DNA of 64,000 nucleotides from an uncultured Planctomycetaceae bacterium (GTDB taxonomy: Bacteria > Planctomycetota > Planctomycetia > Planctomycetales > Planctomycetaceae). A program made the position numbers and the translations under genes. The stretch spans positions 62,001 through 126,000 of the forward strand of contig CAXBME010000013.1 in the NCBI GenBank assembly GCA_963976765.1, written 5' to 3'. Each line of letters opens with the position of its first letter. Positions within the stretch are counted from its first letter, which is position 1. Shown here piece by piece: positions 21,101-30,966 of the stretch. The notes beneath the pieces are model-generated. The model was not told where the DNA came from. It made no database searches and worked only from the letters and a program-made list of their open reading frames with translations.

Positions 21101-22504
21101 TTATCCGCGGCGGATTGCGTCCATCGGCATCATGCGGGTTGCCCACAACGCTGGGTAGAGTCCGCCAAGAACGCCCAGGATTGTGGCGAAGACAACACTG
21201 AATACGAGCAACCCTGGACTGGCCAGCAGCCGAATGTGCTCGGGCCATCGCCAGTTGATGATCAGTGTGAGAACCCATCCGGAACTGGTTCCACAGATTC
21301 CGCCAGCTACGCCCAGAACGGCGCTTTCGTAAGTGATCAGCTTCATGACGTCGGACCGCGACCAGCCGTTCGCCTTCAGGATCCCGAATTCAATAATCCG
21401 CTCGGACACGCTCATCAGCATCGTGTTGATGATGCTCAGAACGGCGATCGTCAAACCAATGCTCGTCATAATGGTGAGGAAGATATCCAGGTCTGACGTG
21501 AACTCGTCGAACCGCTCCGCCCAGTCGGCAGCGGAACGAATTTCGAGCGGGTCGAGCTCTTCTTCGGCGTCTGCAACCGCAACAGCTTCGCCCTCCATCG
21601 GAATGATCGCCGGTTCCTTGTCAATTGCTGTTTTGCCTTCCTCCGAAACGGTGGCCTCAGACGAGCCTAGACTTTTGATCGCCGAGTCGGCTGAGCGGAC
21701 CAGGTCGATCAGGGGGTTTCCCGATGTTGCGCTGGGCGATTTGCTCGACGTGCCTGACGAAAGCCCACTGCCCAGCAACAGAGACATCGGCTGCCACGAA
21801 GCCAGGTCACGGCCTCGAAACATGTCCTGCATCCACTCGACGATTTTCTCATTCGAGATTTCGCCCGTTGGCTCAACGTAAAACGAACACACAACGCCAG
21901 GATCAAACAACGACATCTGCCGCACGATGGGCTGATCAACGATGACCGCCATGTCGAGCAACAACGACCCGCAGTAATAAATGCCGACAATTTCAAAGTC
22001 GGCTCCGTTGGCCTTGATGCTGTCGCCGACTCCGACTTCGAACTCTTCCGCAATCTGCCGGCTGATGACTGTTCGTGGCAGCCCCTTGTCCGATTCGTTG
22101 AGGTACCGGCCTTCGACAATCGCTTTCCCGTAAACGCTGTGCTTGAGTTTCTGATGTGCGAGAATGTCTGCTCCGAAAAGAAACCTCGGCGGGCTGACGA
22201 TGTTCTTTCCGTTGATCACGTTGATTCGAACCCAGATTTCGGCGCTGACGACATTGACGCCTGGCAGGTCTTCAATCTCCGTCGCCCAAGTTTTCGGAAT
22301 GCGCGAAAACAGTGGAATCGGTGCTCCCTTCTGCATGACCAGGATGCCGGGGATCTGGCCAAATGTGTCGTCGACCGTCGCGTCAATTCCTTCGGCCACC
22401 GAAAACAAACCGACCATTCCAACAATCGCCACCGTCAGCCCCAGCAGCGACAACAGCGACCGTACCGGTCGGCTTAAGAGATTTCGGACGGCGAATCGAA
22501 GCAT
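21101..22504 (-). CDS. ABC transporter permease, MacB/FtsX family
   Basis: RNLLSRPVRSLLSLLG N-terminus, periplasmic MacB_PCD region, NTMLMSVSERIIEFGILKANGW, YPALWA...PMDAIR. Confidence 0.9.
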   Translation of the reverse strand: MLRFAVRNLLSRPVRSLLSLLGLTVAIVGMVGLFSVAEGIDATVDDTFGQIPGILVMQKGAPIPLFSRIPKTWATEIEDLPGVNVVSAEIWVRINVINGKNIVSPPRFLFGADILAHQKLKHSVYGKAIVEGRYLNESDKGLPRTVISRQIAEEFEVGVGDSIKANGADFEIVGIYYCGSLLLDMAVIVDQPIVRQMSLFDPGVVCSFYVEPTGEISNEKIVEWMQDMFRGRDLASWQPMSLLLGSGLSSGTSSKSPSATSGNPLIDLVRSADSAIKSLGSSEATVSEEGKTAIDKEPAIIPMEGEAVAVADAEEELDPLEIRSAADWAERFDEFTSDLDIFLTIMTSIGLTIAVLSIINTMLMSVSERIIEFGILKANGWSRSDVMKLITYESAVLGVAGGICGTSSGWVLTLIINWRWPEHIRLLASPGLLVFSVVFATILGVLGGLYPALWATRMMPMDAIRRG

Positions 22505-22639
22505 GTGAAATTAGAACCTCAAATGAGCAGCAAGGTGTCATCGTTACTGAATATCGAAGGGGCCATCATCCGACAGGATCAACAACCACGGAATGCTACC
22601 GCACCTGATGACGCCGGGGAATCGGCTGAAAAGATCGCG

Positions 22640-23635
22640 TCATTCGGTTGAATAATTCTCACTCATCGCCGCGATTTCTTCTTGTATCTCTTTGACAAAA
22701 TCGGGCGGCTCCAGCACGGTCGCGGCAGACCGAAAGCCCAACACCCAGCTCATGAACGATCGAGTGCTCGACAATTCGACGTTCAGGGTTACGCTGCCGT
22801 CGTCTTCTGGTTCGAGCGTCTGACTGACGTGCCAGACTTTTTCGGAAACATACCGAGCGGCTTCCGGAGCAAACCGAACCCGTACGCGGAACGGGTCACC
22901 GTCCTGGTGGTAGATGCCGAAGCTGTACGCGAAGTGGCTTTTCAGGTCGAAACCTACCGGACGTTCGAAACGCTGGTCCTGAAGTTCGACGTTGTGGAAG
23001 CGGTCGACTTTGAAATTGCGAACGCCGTCCCAGTCCGGCGACGATACCGCCGCATAAAGCGACCCTTCGTGCTCGGTGATTCCGATCGGGCGAAGCGTGT
23101 AACGACGAGGCTTCTCAGCACCGACAGATTCATATTCTGCGGTAACGACTCGCAGGTCTTCACACGCAGTACGCAGCACGTCGATCTTGTCAGCTCGTGA
23201 TGAATAATCGGTAATGCCGACCGCAGTCTGATGAAACAGCGGCGTAAGCTGATCGAGGTATGCCAGCCCGGCCTTTCCTAACGATTGCTCGATCTTTTGA
23301 AACGCCGAGTTAGCTGATGCCCACAGCGATGTCCCCGCTAACCGTTCAAAGAACAACCGACCGAAATACAGTGCGGCGATCTCGTCGAAGTTGAAGTTCG
23401 TCGGAACGCTCCGACTCATGTCCAGTCGCCAGGTTTTCTTGCCGTGCGGGCCGGTTGATTCGGCGAACGGAATATCTGCTTCGCGCAACTCGTTCAAATC
23501 GCGACGGATACTCTTGATCGAAACACCAAGCTCAGACGCAAGCTCGTCCAGGGAGAATCCGTTCGGTCCGGAAAGTAGTTTGACAATGCGCCACTGACGG
23601 GCGAGCGGCTGAAGTTTTGACTCAGACAACGGCAT
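22640..23635 (-). CDS. WYL-domain (HTH-WYL-WCX, YafY/PafC-like) transcriptional regulator
   Basis: wHTH LASELGVSIKSIRRDL; WYL core LRPIGI...SLYAAV...RNFKVDRF; WCX WVLGFRSAATVLEPP; start set to ATG 23635. Confidence 0.92.
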   Translation of the reverse strand: MPLSESKLQPLARQWRIVKLLSGPNGFSLDELASELGVSIKSIRRDLNELREADIPFAESTGPHGKKTWRLDMSRSVPTNFNFDEIAALYFGRLFFERLAGTSLWASANSAFQKIEQSLGKAGLAYLDQLTPLFHQTAVGITDYSSRADKIDVLRTACEDLRVVTAEYESVGAEKPRRYTLRPIGITEHEGSLYAAVSSPDWDGVRNFKVDRFHNVELQDQRFERPVGFDLKSHFAYSFGIYHQDGDPFRVRVRFAPEAARYVSEKVWHVSQTLEPEDDGSVTLNVELSSTRSFMSWVLGFRSAATVLEPPDFVKEIQEEIAAMSENYSTE

Positions 23636-23685
23636 TTTTCCGTCCAGAACATTGAAGTTTGGATGAGTTTCGATCGACTGGTCGC

Positions 23686-23713
23686 CAGGTGGGACAGACT
23701 GTTGTCCCACCTG
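23686..23713. promoter_or_regulatory. Putative operator of the WYL regulator
   Basis: Perfect 11-bp inverted repeat CAGGTGGGACA-N6-TGTCCCACCTG about 50 bp upstream of the WYL start. Confidence 0.65.
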
Positions 23714-24153
23714 ACAGGAAAGCCGGAATTATCGGTTTGCAACGATCTTGTGAGCGTCGATAAGAATCATAGACTCACGCCACTTGAAGCGAACCCATGA
23801 CGAAGTCGAGTCAAAAACCGAACCTGAAGTTTGCCCGACTCTGACTTTTAACCTTTCCACGCAAAGGACTGCATTGATGGCTGCAACAGACGCACGCTGG
23901 CACTTTATTGCAGTCCAGAGAGAACTTCGGCTCGACGAGGTTGTCGAGATGCCGCCGCCAGTTCGGTAGCACCGACCGCCGTTCTTCTGGACGTTGATTT
24001 CGCTGAACGACTGGCTCGACGCATCTTCATGAGTGGCTGCAGCCACTCGAACGCGACCTTCAATCACGAACCTTCTGCGCTCCCGGTACGTCTTTACAAC
24101 CCGGACGCTATCCACAGAGTTGCTCATCCAAACTCAAAGAATGGACCTCAATC

Positions 24154-24582
24154 ATGCATAGCCTGAATCTTGTTGTGATCGCTGGAAACGCGACCCGTGA
24201 TCCCGAAGTTCGATACACCGTGCAGGGCACTCCTGTCGCTGAATTTGGCCTCGCGATCAACCGCCGCTGGAAAGAACGACGAACTAACGAATGGCGGGAA
24301 GAAACGACGTTTGTCGAAATTCGAGTGATGGGCCAGCAGGCCGATTTCGCCAAAGCGCGAGTCAGAAAAGGAACTCCAGTGCATGTCGAAGGCCGATTGC
24401 AACTCGACCAGTGGCTGGAGCGGGATACCGGAGCCAGACGCGAACGTCTCCGCGTGCTCGGTCAGCAGCTGACTGTGCTGAGTCAGCCTTTCAGAGATCG
24501 TCAGGAGAAAAGCCATCAACCACGCAGCCCGAAGGTGCCAACCGAAACTCAACCCGAACTGGCCCTTGCCGCGGCATTTTGA
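24154..24582 (+). CDS. ssb: Single-stranded DNA-binding protein paralogue lacking the acidic C-terminal tip
   Basis: LNLVVIAGNATRDPEVRYT, FGLAINRRW, EETTFV, KGTPVHVEGRL OB-fold motifs. Confidence 0.9.
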   Translation: MHSLNLVVIAGNATRDPEVRYTVQGTPVAEFGLAINRRWKERRTNEWREETTFVEIRVMGQQADFAKARVRKGTPVHVEGRLQLDQWLERDTGARRERLRVLGQQLTVLSQPFRDRQEKSHQPRSPKVPTETQPELALAAAF

Positions 24583-24683
24583 GGACCAGTCAACCGTAAG
24601 GGGCGTCCTGACGCACCCAACGAAGGACGTTGAATTCGTGGCACGCCGAATGAAAACTTAACCCGCACGACAAGGAGAGCAGG

Positions 24684-24956
24684 ATGCTACCCACAAATCA
24701 CACGATGTTCGAAATCGAAGACGCCTTCTATGACCAGACGTCAGCGTCGCTGGCGTGGCAACTTCAGCTTCCATCCAGCAAAGATGAGACCGACCAGTTC
24801 GTCTCGGCACTGCTGGACTTCGCCGCAGAAACGATGCTGCGTCGAGAACGAATTCCCTGTCGGGACAAGGTCAGCAGCAGAATTGCCGCCTTCGCGCTGG
24901 AAGTCATGAATTCCGAGTTGCAACATCATCGCCACGCCGCCGCACAGCGAAACTGA
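24684..24956 (+). CDS. Small hypothetical helical protein (90 aa)
   Basis: AAGGAG RBS upstream, co-oriented with ssb and followed by a terminator. Confidence 0.55.
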   Translation: MLPTNHTMFEIEDAFYDQTSASLAWQLQLPSSKDETDQFVSALLDFAAETMLRRERIPCRDKVSSRIAAFALEVMNSELQHHRHAAAQRN

Positions 24957-25065
24957 AAGCACGAGGAAGCCTTCTGATCAGCCGCCGAAAATTCCGGGCC
25001 TGGAATCACAAGTGCTGAATTGCAGAAAACGGCAACCAACGAGGCAGGTCGAGATCGATCGCCAG

Positions 25066-25106
25066 GCAGGCGAGCCCGAGTGGTGGCGGGCTTGCCTGCA
25101 TTTTTT
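25066..25106 (+). terminator. Rho-independent terminator of the ssb-hypothetical unit
   Basis: GCAGGCGAGCCCG-loop-CGGGCTTGCCTGC followed by ATTTTTT. Confidence 0.8.
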
Positions 25107-25178
25107 GTTACGTTGACTTTGTCGTTTTCTGCAGTGACTGATCTACGGGGCAAAATGCTGTAACGATCAATTAAACCG

Positions 25179-26639
25179 TCAGGCCAGCACTTCTTCGACG
25201 ACACGGGAAGGTTCGACACCCGTTAATCGCTGGTCGAGGCCCTGATACTTGAAGGTCAGCCGGTTGTGGTCGACGCCGAGCTGATTCAGGATGGTGGCGT
25301 TCATATCTCGGATATGGACCGGGTTCTCCAGAATGTTGTACGACCAGTTGTCGGTCTTGCCGAATTCGAAGCCGCGTTTGATACCGGCCCCGGCCATCCA
25401 CATGGTGAACGCTCGACCGTGATGATCTCGGCCGTGATTGTCGGCGGTGAGCGTTCCCTGCGAGTAAATCGTGCGACCAAACTCACCGCCCCACACGACC
25501 AGCGTGTCGTCGAACATGCCTCGCAGTTTCAGATCACGAATCAAACCGGCGATCGGATGGTCGATTGTTTCGCATTGCCCGCGGATCAGTTTCGGCAGAC
25601 TTCCGTGCTGATCCCACCCTCGATGGAAGAGTTGAATAAACGGCACGCCCTGCTCGGCCAGCTTTCTGGCGACGATGCAGTTGCGAGCGAACGTGCCCGG
25701 CTTCTCGGCGTCAGGACCGTAGAGTTCCAGCGTCTCTTTGGTTTCGCTGCCGACGTCCATGATCTCGGGCACGGACATCTGCATGCGGAAAGCCATTTCG
25801 TATTGAGCGATACGGGTTTGCGTTTCCGGATCGCCGAACTCGTCGTAATGCTCCCCGTTGATCTTTGCGATGCGATCGAGCATTCGCCGACGCATGTCGC
25901 GATCAATGCCGTCCGGGTTTTCGAGATACAGCACGGGATCGTTGCCGGATCGCAGTTTGACACCCTGATGCCTCGACGGCAGAAACCCGCTACCCCACAG
26001 CCGCGAATACAGTGCCTGTTTCTGACCCGGTCCGCGCGAGATCATCACGATGTATGCGGGCAGGTTCTGATTGAAACTTCCCAGCCCATAGCTGATCCAC
26101 GCGCCCATGCTGGCCTTGCCCGGCTGCTGGACTCCGGTGTTGATATAAGTGATCGCCGGGTCGTGGTTGATGGCTTCGGTATGGACAGACTTGATGATCG
26201 AAATGTCGTCCACGATGCCGGCAGTCTTCGGAAGAATCTCGCTGACCCATGTTCCGTGCTGTCCATGCTGTTTGAACTTGAACATGGGAGCGACGACGGG
26301 AAACGACTTCTGGCCGGAAGTCATCCCGGTCAGCCGCTGTCCCTGCCGCACCGACTCCGGAAGTTCCTGACCGTGCAGTTCGCGAACTTCAGGGTGGTAA
26401 TCGAACGTGTCGATGTGCGACGGTCCTCCGGACATGAACAGGTAGATAACCCGCTTCGCTTTCGGAGCAAAGTGCGGCAGCCCCGGCAGACCGCCGCGAC
26501 CATTGTCTGCAGCCGCGACGGCGGAGTTTGCCGACTCATTAACGAGCGACGCCAGCGCGGCCGCACCGACCGCTCGCGACGAGTTGTTTAACAGGTCACG
26601 ACGAGTTGTTTTCAGCTGGAAATCGGAGAGTGGATTCAT
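25179..26639 (-). CDS. DUF1501 domain protein (Tat-exported)
   Basis: TRRDLL Tat-like motif, [38 protein letters not shown]. Confidence 0.92.
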   Translation of the reverse strand: MNPLSDFQLKTTRRDLLNNSSRAVGAAALASLVNESANSAVAAADNGRGGLPGLPHFAPKAKRVIYLFMSGGPSHIDTFDYHPEVRELHGQELPESVRQGQRLTGMTSGQKSFPVVAPMFKFKQHGQHGTWVSEILPKTAGIVDDISIIKSVHTEAINHDPAITYINTGVQQPGKASMGAWISYGLGSFNQNLPAYIVMISRGPGQKQALYSRLWGSGFLPSRHQGVKLRSGNDPVLYLENPDGIDRDMRRRMLDRIAKINGEHYDEFGDPETQTRIAQYEMAFRMQMSVPEIMDVGSETKETLELYGPDAEKPGTFARNCIVARKLAEQGVPFIQLFHRGWDQHGSLPKLIRGQCETIDHPIAGLIRDLKLRGMFDDTLVVWGGEFGRTIYSQGTLTADNHGRDHHGRAFTMWMAGAGIKRGFEFGKTDNWSYNILENPVHIRDMNATILNQLGVDHNRLTFKYQGLDQRLTGVEPSRVVEEVLA

Positions 26640-26717
26640 GCTGTTCTCATCTTGAATTCGCAGGGTGAGCAGCGATCACCAATTCTTGTGCTGGTGGGCG
26701 GTGTTCACCCTGCGTGG

Positions 26718-29700
26718 TTATCCGCGGGTCAGAACTTCATCCAGATTCAGGATCATGCTCGTCACGATTGACATCGCCGCGTGAATGGCCGGATCAAGCT
26801 TTTCGTCGCGCGGTGATTCACCGGCTGAGATCAGTTTGACGGCTCGTTCTTTGTCGGCCTGAAAGAGTTTCAGTTCGTCGTGGTAAGTCTGCTTGAGAAT
26901 CTCTCGAACAAACGATTTGGGCCGGACGCCGGAAGCCAGTCGGTACGCATAATCGATCTGACTGTCGAGCGATTCTCCGCCCTCCTTGAGCGCTCGTTCG
27001 GCAAGAGCTCGCGACGCTTCCACGAACTGCACATCATTCAGCGTTACCAGAGCCTGGAGCGGTGTGTTTGTACGGGATCGTTGAAGTGAGCACTTCTCAC
27101 GAGTCGGTGCGTCGAAGATCGTCAGAGATGGAGCGGGCGACGATCGCTTCCAGTAGGTATACATGCTGCGGCGGAACAGTTTTTCGCCATTATCCCGTGC
27201 GAACTTTTCGCCGCTCAGACTGACTTCGTTCCACAGTCCGTCCGGCTGGTAAGGCTTCACGCTGGGGCCGCCGATCGTCGAAACGAGAAGGCCCGAAGCA
27301 GCCAGCGCATTGTCGCGAATGAATTCGCCCTGCAGACGAAACCGCGGGCCGCGAGCGAGCAGTCGATTTTCTGGATCCAGCTCAAGCAGTTCTTCTGTCA
27401 CGCGGGACGACTGTCGGTAAGTCGACGACATTACCATCTGCTTGAGCATCCGTTTGATATCCCAGCCGCTTTCGACAAAATCAACGGCCAGCCAGTCGAG
27501 CAGCGCCGGGTGGCTGGGCCATTCACCTTGCGAACCGAAGTCTTCGAGTGTTTTCACCAGGCCGGTTCCGAACAGCATGTACCAGTAGCGGTTGACGGTG
27601 ACTCGCGCGGTGAGCGGGTGATCCTTCTGGGTGAGCCATTGAGCCAGCCCGAGTCGGTTGGTTGGAGCCTCAGCCGGCAGTGGCGGCAGGGCCGACAGCA
27701 CTCCTGGATCGACCGGGCTGTCCTGTTTCGGAGACGTGTACTGGCCTCGGTCGAGGATAAACGTCTGTCGCATCTGTGGAACGTCCTGCATGACCATGAC
27801 GGTGCTGATCGGCTTTTCCGATTCAGCGATCTTTGCTTTCAGTTCTCGAACCTGCTTCGACGCGTCCTGCCAGACCTTGTCATGGTTGGTCAGGTAGAAA
27901 TCTCTCAGCACGGCCACCTGGTCAGGCGATCGTTCGTCAGACTTCATGGCGAGCAGCGGTGCGATGGGGTCGGCTCCGGCCAGAGCCTGGACTTCGGCTT
28001 CCGACAACGCTCGATCGAAAACGTAAACGTCATCGATTAAACCGTTGAAGCCACTTCCCGAACTCCTTCGCCCCACATGAAAGGGCGTTTTCGCTCGAAT
28101 CGTTGCAGAGAGGCGATCCTGCTCGATCGTCCATTCCTGCGGCTTGCCGTCGAAGTAGATTTTCACACCAGCTGCTTTGCTGGAGCCGTCATAAGTGACG
28201 AAGACGTGCTGCCACACGTCCTTCTTCAGCTTGCTTTTGGTGTTGACCTTAATCGCGTTGGTCGGCCACGTGTTGATTATGTGAACGGCAACTCCGCCGT
28301 TCGTGCAGTAAAGGTCGTAGCCTCGAAAACTGTTTTCGTTGTTCATGCGGCCAATGGGAACCCCCGCGGCGTTGCCTTTCGGTTTGATCCAGCAGCCGTA
28401 CGAGAACGAGTCCTTCTGGTCGAAGTCGCCAAGTGCCCCGGCATCGACCCAGTTTGTCGCGTCGCACTTGAACGCTTTGCCAAACCTGCCGTCGTCCCAC
28501 TGAGTCTTTCCCTTGATCTCGACCTTTCGTTCTGAGTCAGCAAGGTCTGCCAGAGTTTCGTCAAGCGTCAGGTGAGCAACGGCTCCAGCAGGCAGAAAAG
28601 ATTTTCCATCCGCATTGGCCGACTCTTTTTCGAGCCAGGTCACGAAGTCCGGCTCAACCGCTTTGCGTCGTTCATCGCGTTCGGCTTCGAGCGTCGGAAG
28701 TTTCTGTTTGAGAATCGCGGCCTGCGAAAGTCGATCCTGATCGAAGATGTCCACGACCGGAGTCTGGTTGCCTCGCCGAGTCTGCATGCCTGGATCGGCG
28801 GCCTGGTTAAAGTACGCGAAGAAACGGTAATAGTCTTCCATCGTGATCGGGTCATACTTGTGGTTGTGGCACTGCGCACATTCCAGACTCAACCCCATCC
28901 ATACCATGCTGGTTGTTTTCACCCGGTCGACGGCGTATTCGACTCGAAACTCTTCAGCGATTGCGCCGCCCTCATCGGTGGTGGCGTTGTTCCGGTTGAA
29001 GCCGGTTGCGATTTTCTGCTCGACGGTCGAGTTGGGAATCAGGTCGCCGGCAATTTGCTCAACCGTGAATTCATCGAACGGCTTGTTGGCGTTATAAGCG
29101 TTGATCGTCCAGTCGCGCCACGGCCACATGTCTCGCGGGCCGTCGGCGTGGAAGACACTCGAATCTCCATACCGGGCGGCGTCCATCCACATCAGAGCCA
29201 TGCGTTCGCCGAAATGCTTCGAAGCGAGCAGTCGGTCGACGGTTTTCTCATATGCACCGTTTGGGTCGACTCTGGCATCTGCTAGAAACTGGTCGATCTC
29301 GGCAATCGTCGGCGGAAGTCCGGTCAGGTCGAACGTGACGCGGCGGAGCACTCGTTCAAGTTGAGCGGAATCGCTGGGCGAGAGACCTTGTTCTTCAAGT
29401 CGCTTAAGAATGAAAGCGTCGACTGGATTCTTCACCCAGTCCGGCTTCGATGTCGTTGGAACAGGTGGCTTTTGCGGCGCAATGAACGACCAGTGCCCTT
29501 CCCACTTCGCGCCGGATTCGACCCACGCTTTCAATAAAGCAATCTGCTCAGGTTTCAGTTCAAGGTGCGAATCGACCGGCGGCATCCGAGTGTCGGGATC
29601 ATCGGAAATGATTCTCTGCCAGGCTTCGCTTTTCGCCAGATTCCCGCTGAAGGCTTTGACAATCCCCTCTTCATCGTCGAGCCGTAGATCAGCCTCGCGA

Positions 29701-29861
29701 TGCTTGTCGTCCGGCCCGTGACATTGAAAACAGGTCGACGAAAGGATCGGTCGAATATCACGGTTGAACAGCGGAGTTTCCCCTGCCAACGTTAGCGATG
29801 ATTGCAGTATTGTCAGCAGAAGAAAGCCACAGGCGGCCAACGATCGATGCACAACGAGCAT
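26718..29861 (-). CDS. Planctomycete cytochrome c / DUF1549 / LamG-like / DUF1553 protein
   Basis: CFQCHG and CAQCHNHK heme motifs, HWSFIAP, LamG-like WQHVFVTYDGS insert, HPLTARVTVNRYW, RTNTPLQAL. Confidence 0.92.
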   Translation of the reverse strand: MLVVHRSLAACGFLLLTILQSSLTLAGETPLFNRDIRPILSSTCFQCHGPDDKHREADLRLDDEEGIVKAFSGNLAKSEAWQRIISDDPDTRMPPVDSHLELKPEQIALLKAWVESGAKWEGHWSFIAPQKPPVPTTSKPDWVKNPVDAFILKRLEEQGLSPSDSAQLERVLRRVTFDLTGLPPTIAEIDQFLADARVDPNGAYEKTVDRLLASKHFGERMALMWMDAARYGDSSVFHADGPRDMWPWRDWTINAYNANKPFDEFTVEQIAGDLIPNSTVEQKIATGFNRNNATTDEGGAIAEEFRVEYAVDRVKTTSMVWMGLSLECAQCHNHKYDPITMEDYYRFFAYFNQAADPGMQTRRGNQTPVVDIFDQDRLSQAAILKQKLPTLEAERDERRKAVEPDFVTWLEKESANADGKSFLPAGAVAHLTLDETLADLADSERKVEIKGKTQWDDGRFGKAFKCDATNWVDAGALGDFDQKDSFSYGCWIKPKGNAAGVPIGRMNNENSFRGYDLYCTNGGVAVHIINTWPTNAIKVNTKSKLKKDVWQHVFVTYDGSSKAAGVKIYFDGKPQEWTIEQDRLSATIRAKTPFHVGRRSSGSGFNGLIDDVYVFDRALSEAEVQALAGADPIAPLLAMKSDERSPDQVAVLRDFYLTNHDKVWQDASKQVRELKAKIAESEKPISTVMVMQDVPQMRQTFILDRGQYTSPKQDSPVDPGVLSALPPLPAEAPTNRLGLAQWLTQKDHPLTARVTVNRYWYMLFGTGLVKTLEDFGSQGEWPSHPALLDWLAVDFVESGWDIKRMLKQMVMSSTYRQSSRVTEELLELDPENRLLARGPRFRLQGEFIRDNALAASGLLVSTIGGPSVKPYQPDGLWNEVSLSGEKFARDNGEKLFRRSMYTYWKRSSPAPSLTIFDAPTREKCSLQRSRTNTPLQALVTLNDVQFVEASRALAERALKEGGESLDSQIDYAYRLASGVRPKSFVREILKQTYHDELKLFQADKERAVKLISAGESPRDEKLDPAIHAAMSIVTSMILNLDEVLTRG

Positions 29862-29997
29862 GGCAATACCGGATCAACTTGAGGGAAGAGACGTCGGCAG
29901 GTGGCTCGAATCTGGCGATTCGTGCCTGGGTGAGGACGCGTCAGTCTACGTTGATCCGTGACGAATTTCAGCCTCTGCGTGTTTTGAGGCACGCCGG

Positions 29998-30306
29998 TCA
30001 GGCTGCAACCCCCATCGCAAAGCGTTTTCGCAGCGGCACCTTCAGATAGCGAACGCCGCTTGTATCGTAAAAATAGAGCAAATTCCGATCGGACGCCCAC
30101 ACAGCTGAAAGTCGCACCTGCCTGGGGCCATGAATCGTGTACTGAATTCCGCAGGGCCGTCCGCCTTTCGTGAGTTCCCGTTCGATCATCTTGAACTGAT
30201 CGGAAACCAGATTTTCCTTCGCACACAACGTCGCGTGAACAAACTCACGCAGGTCTTCGATGGTGGAGATATCGGATGGTGCAATTCCGGCGGCAGCACG
30301 ACTCAT
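29998..30306 (-). CDS. Small planctomycete-type hypothetical protein
   Basis: Protein-like ORF (LREFVHATLCAKENL...CGIQYTIHGPRQVRLSAVW...FYDTSGVRY); GAGG upstream of ATG 30306. Confidence 0.65.
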   Translation of the reverse strand: MSRAAAGIAPSDISTIEDLREFVHATLCAKENLVSDQFKMIERELTKGGRPCGIQYTIHGPRQVRLSAVWASDRNLLYFYDTSGVRYLKVPLRKRFAMGVAA

Positions 30307-30750
30307 GGACAACCTCTTTGTTGGGAGACCGCACGCACCAGCCGTCATTCAGACAAAGCGGTTCTCATCCGCCGAGTCACTATTCAGCAGGCAGTGCGCG
30401 ATCTCTGTCGTCAATCTTTTGTGGAGATACTCAGTTCTCTCGACCGCTGTCGTCCTTGCCAATGGCTGGTCTTCCCGACTGGTGTGAACCAGGCAGCCGT
30501 TGCGGTCGGCTCAGAAGGTATCGGCGGTGTGAATCCAAAAGTGTTCTGTGACCGGAGACCGCTTTGCGACCTGCAGGACACTTCTTTACGCGCCAGACTC
30601 GCCATCTTCCGCAGGCCGAACTCACACTACGACCCGGCCTGGATTTCTGAAAGATCGTCGATCAGTCGTCAGTTCGGCTTAAGTGATCTCTGAAGAAGCT
30701 CGTCAAGTGGCCTGACCGAACCTCGCCGTTCAGCCTGACGACAACAAAGA

Positions 30751-30917
30751 ACCACGGATGGGCACAGATTCATGCGGATGGACTGGATGCTTCGTGAAGA
30801 CATCCGTGTTTATTTTTCCGAATGAAACATTGTCGGCCCGCCCTGAAAAATTACCTGACATTCTGCTTTCTCCCTGTCGCAAATCTTCGCGTTCCTTTGC
30901 GTCTTCGCGAATTTGCG
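30751..30917. repeat. Periodic palindromic intergenic elements (CACGGAT and CTTCGCG types)
   Basis: CACGGAT/CACAGAT/TGCGGAT at 10-nt spacing with inverse CATCCGTG at 30801; CTTCGCG/CTTTGCG/CTTCGCG at 30885-30909 inside a CGCAAAT/ATTTGCG inverted repeat. Confidence 0.55.
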
Positions 30918-30966
30918 TCAGATTACGCACTCTTCTTGAACCACAACTCTTCCGGGGAGATAAACT

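Noticed and set aside
23898..23912. TGGCACTTTATTGCA as a sigma-54 promoter for ssb
   Set aside because: Spacing is GG-N9-GC, one base short of the strict GG-N10-GC requirement
23729..24127. 132-aa minus-strand ORF upstream of the WYL gene
   Set aside because: TTG start, no RBS, no recognisable motif; overlaps the structured leader; cannot be supported
22640..25106. WYL-ssb cassette as a prophage or ICE remnant
   Set aside because: No integrase, relaxase, att-like repeats, tRNA or phage structural genes seen
25179..29861. DUF1553/DUF1501 gene pairs as a novel system
   Set aside because: Function is unknown, but this pairing is a well-known, highly expanded planctomycete family
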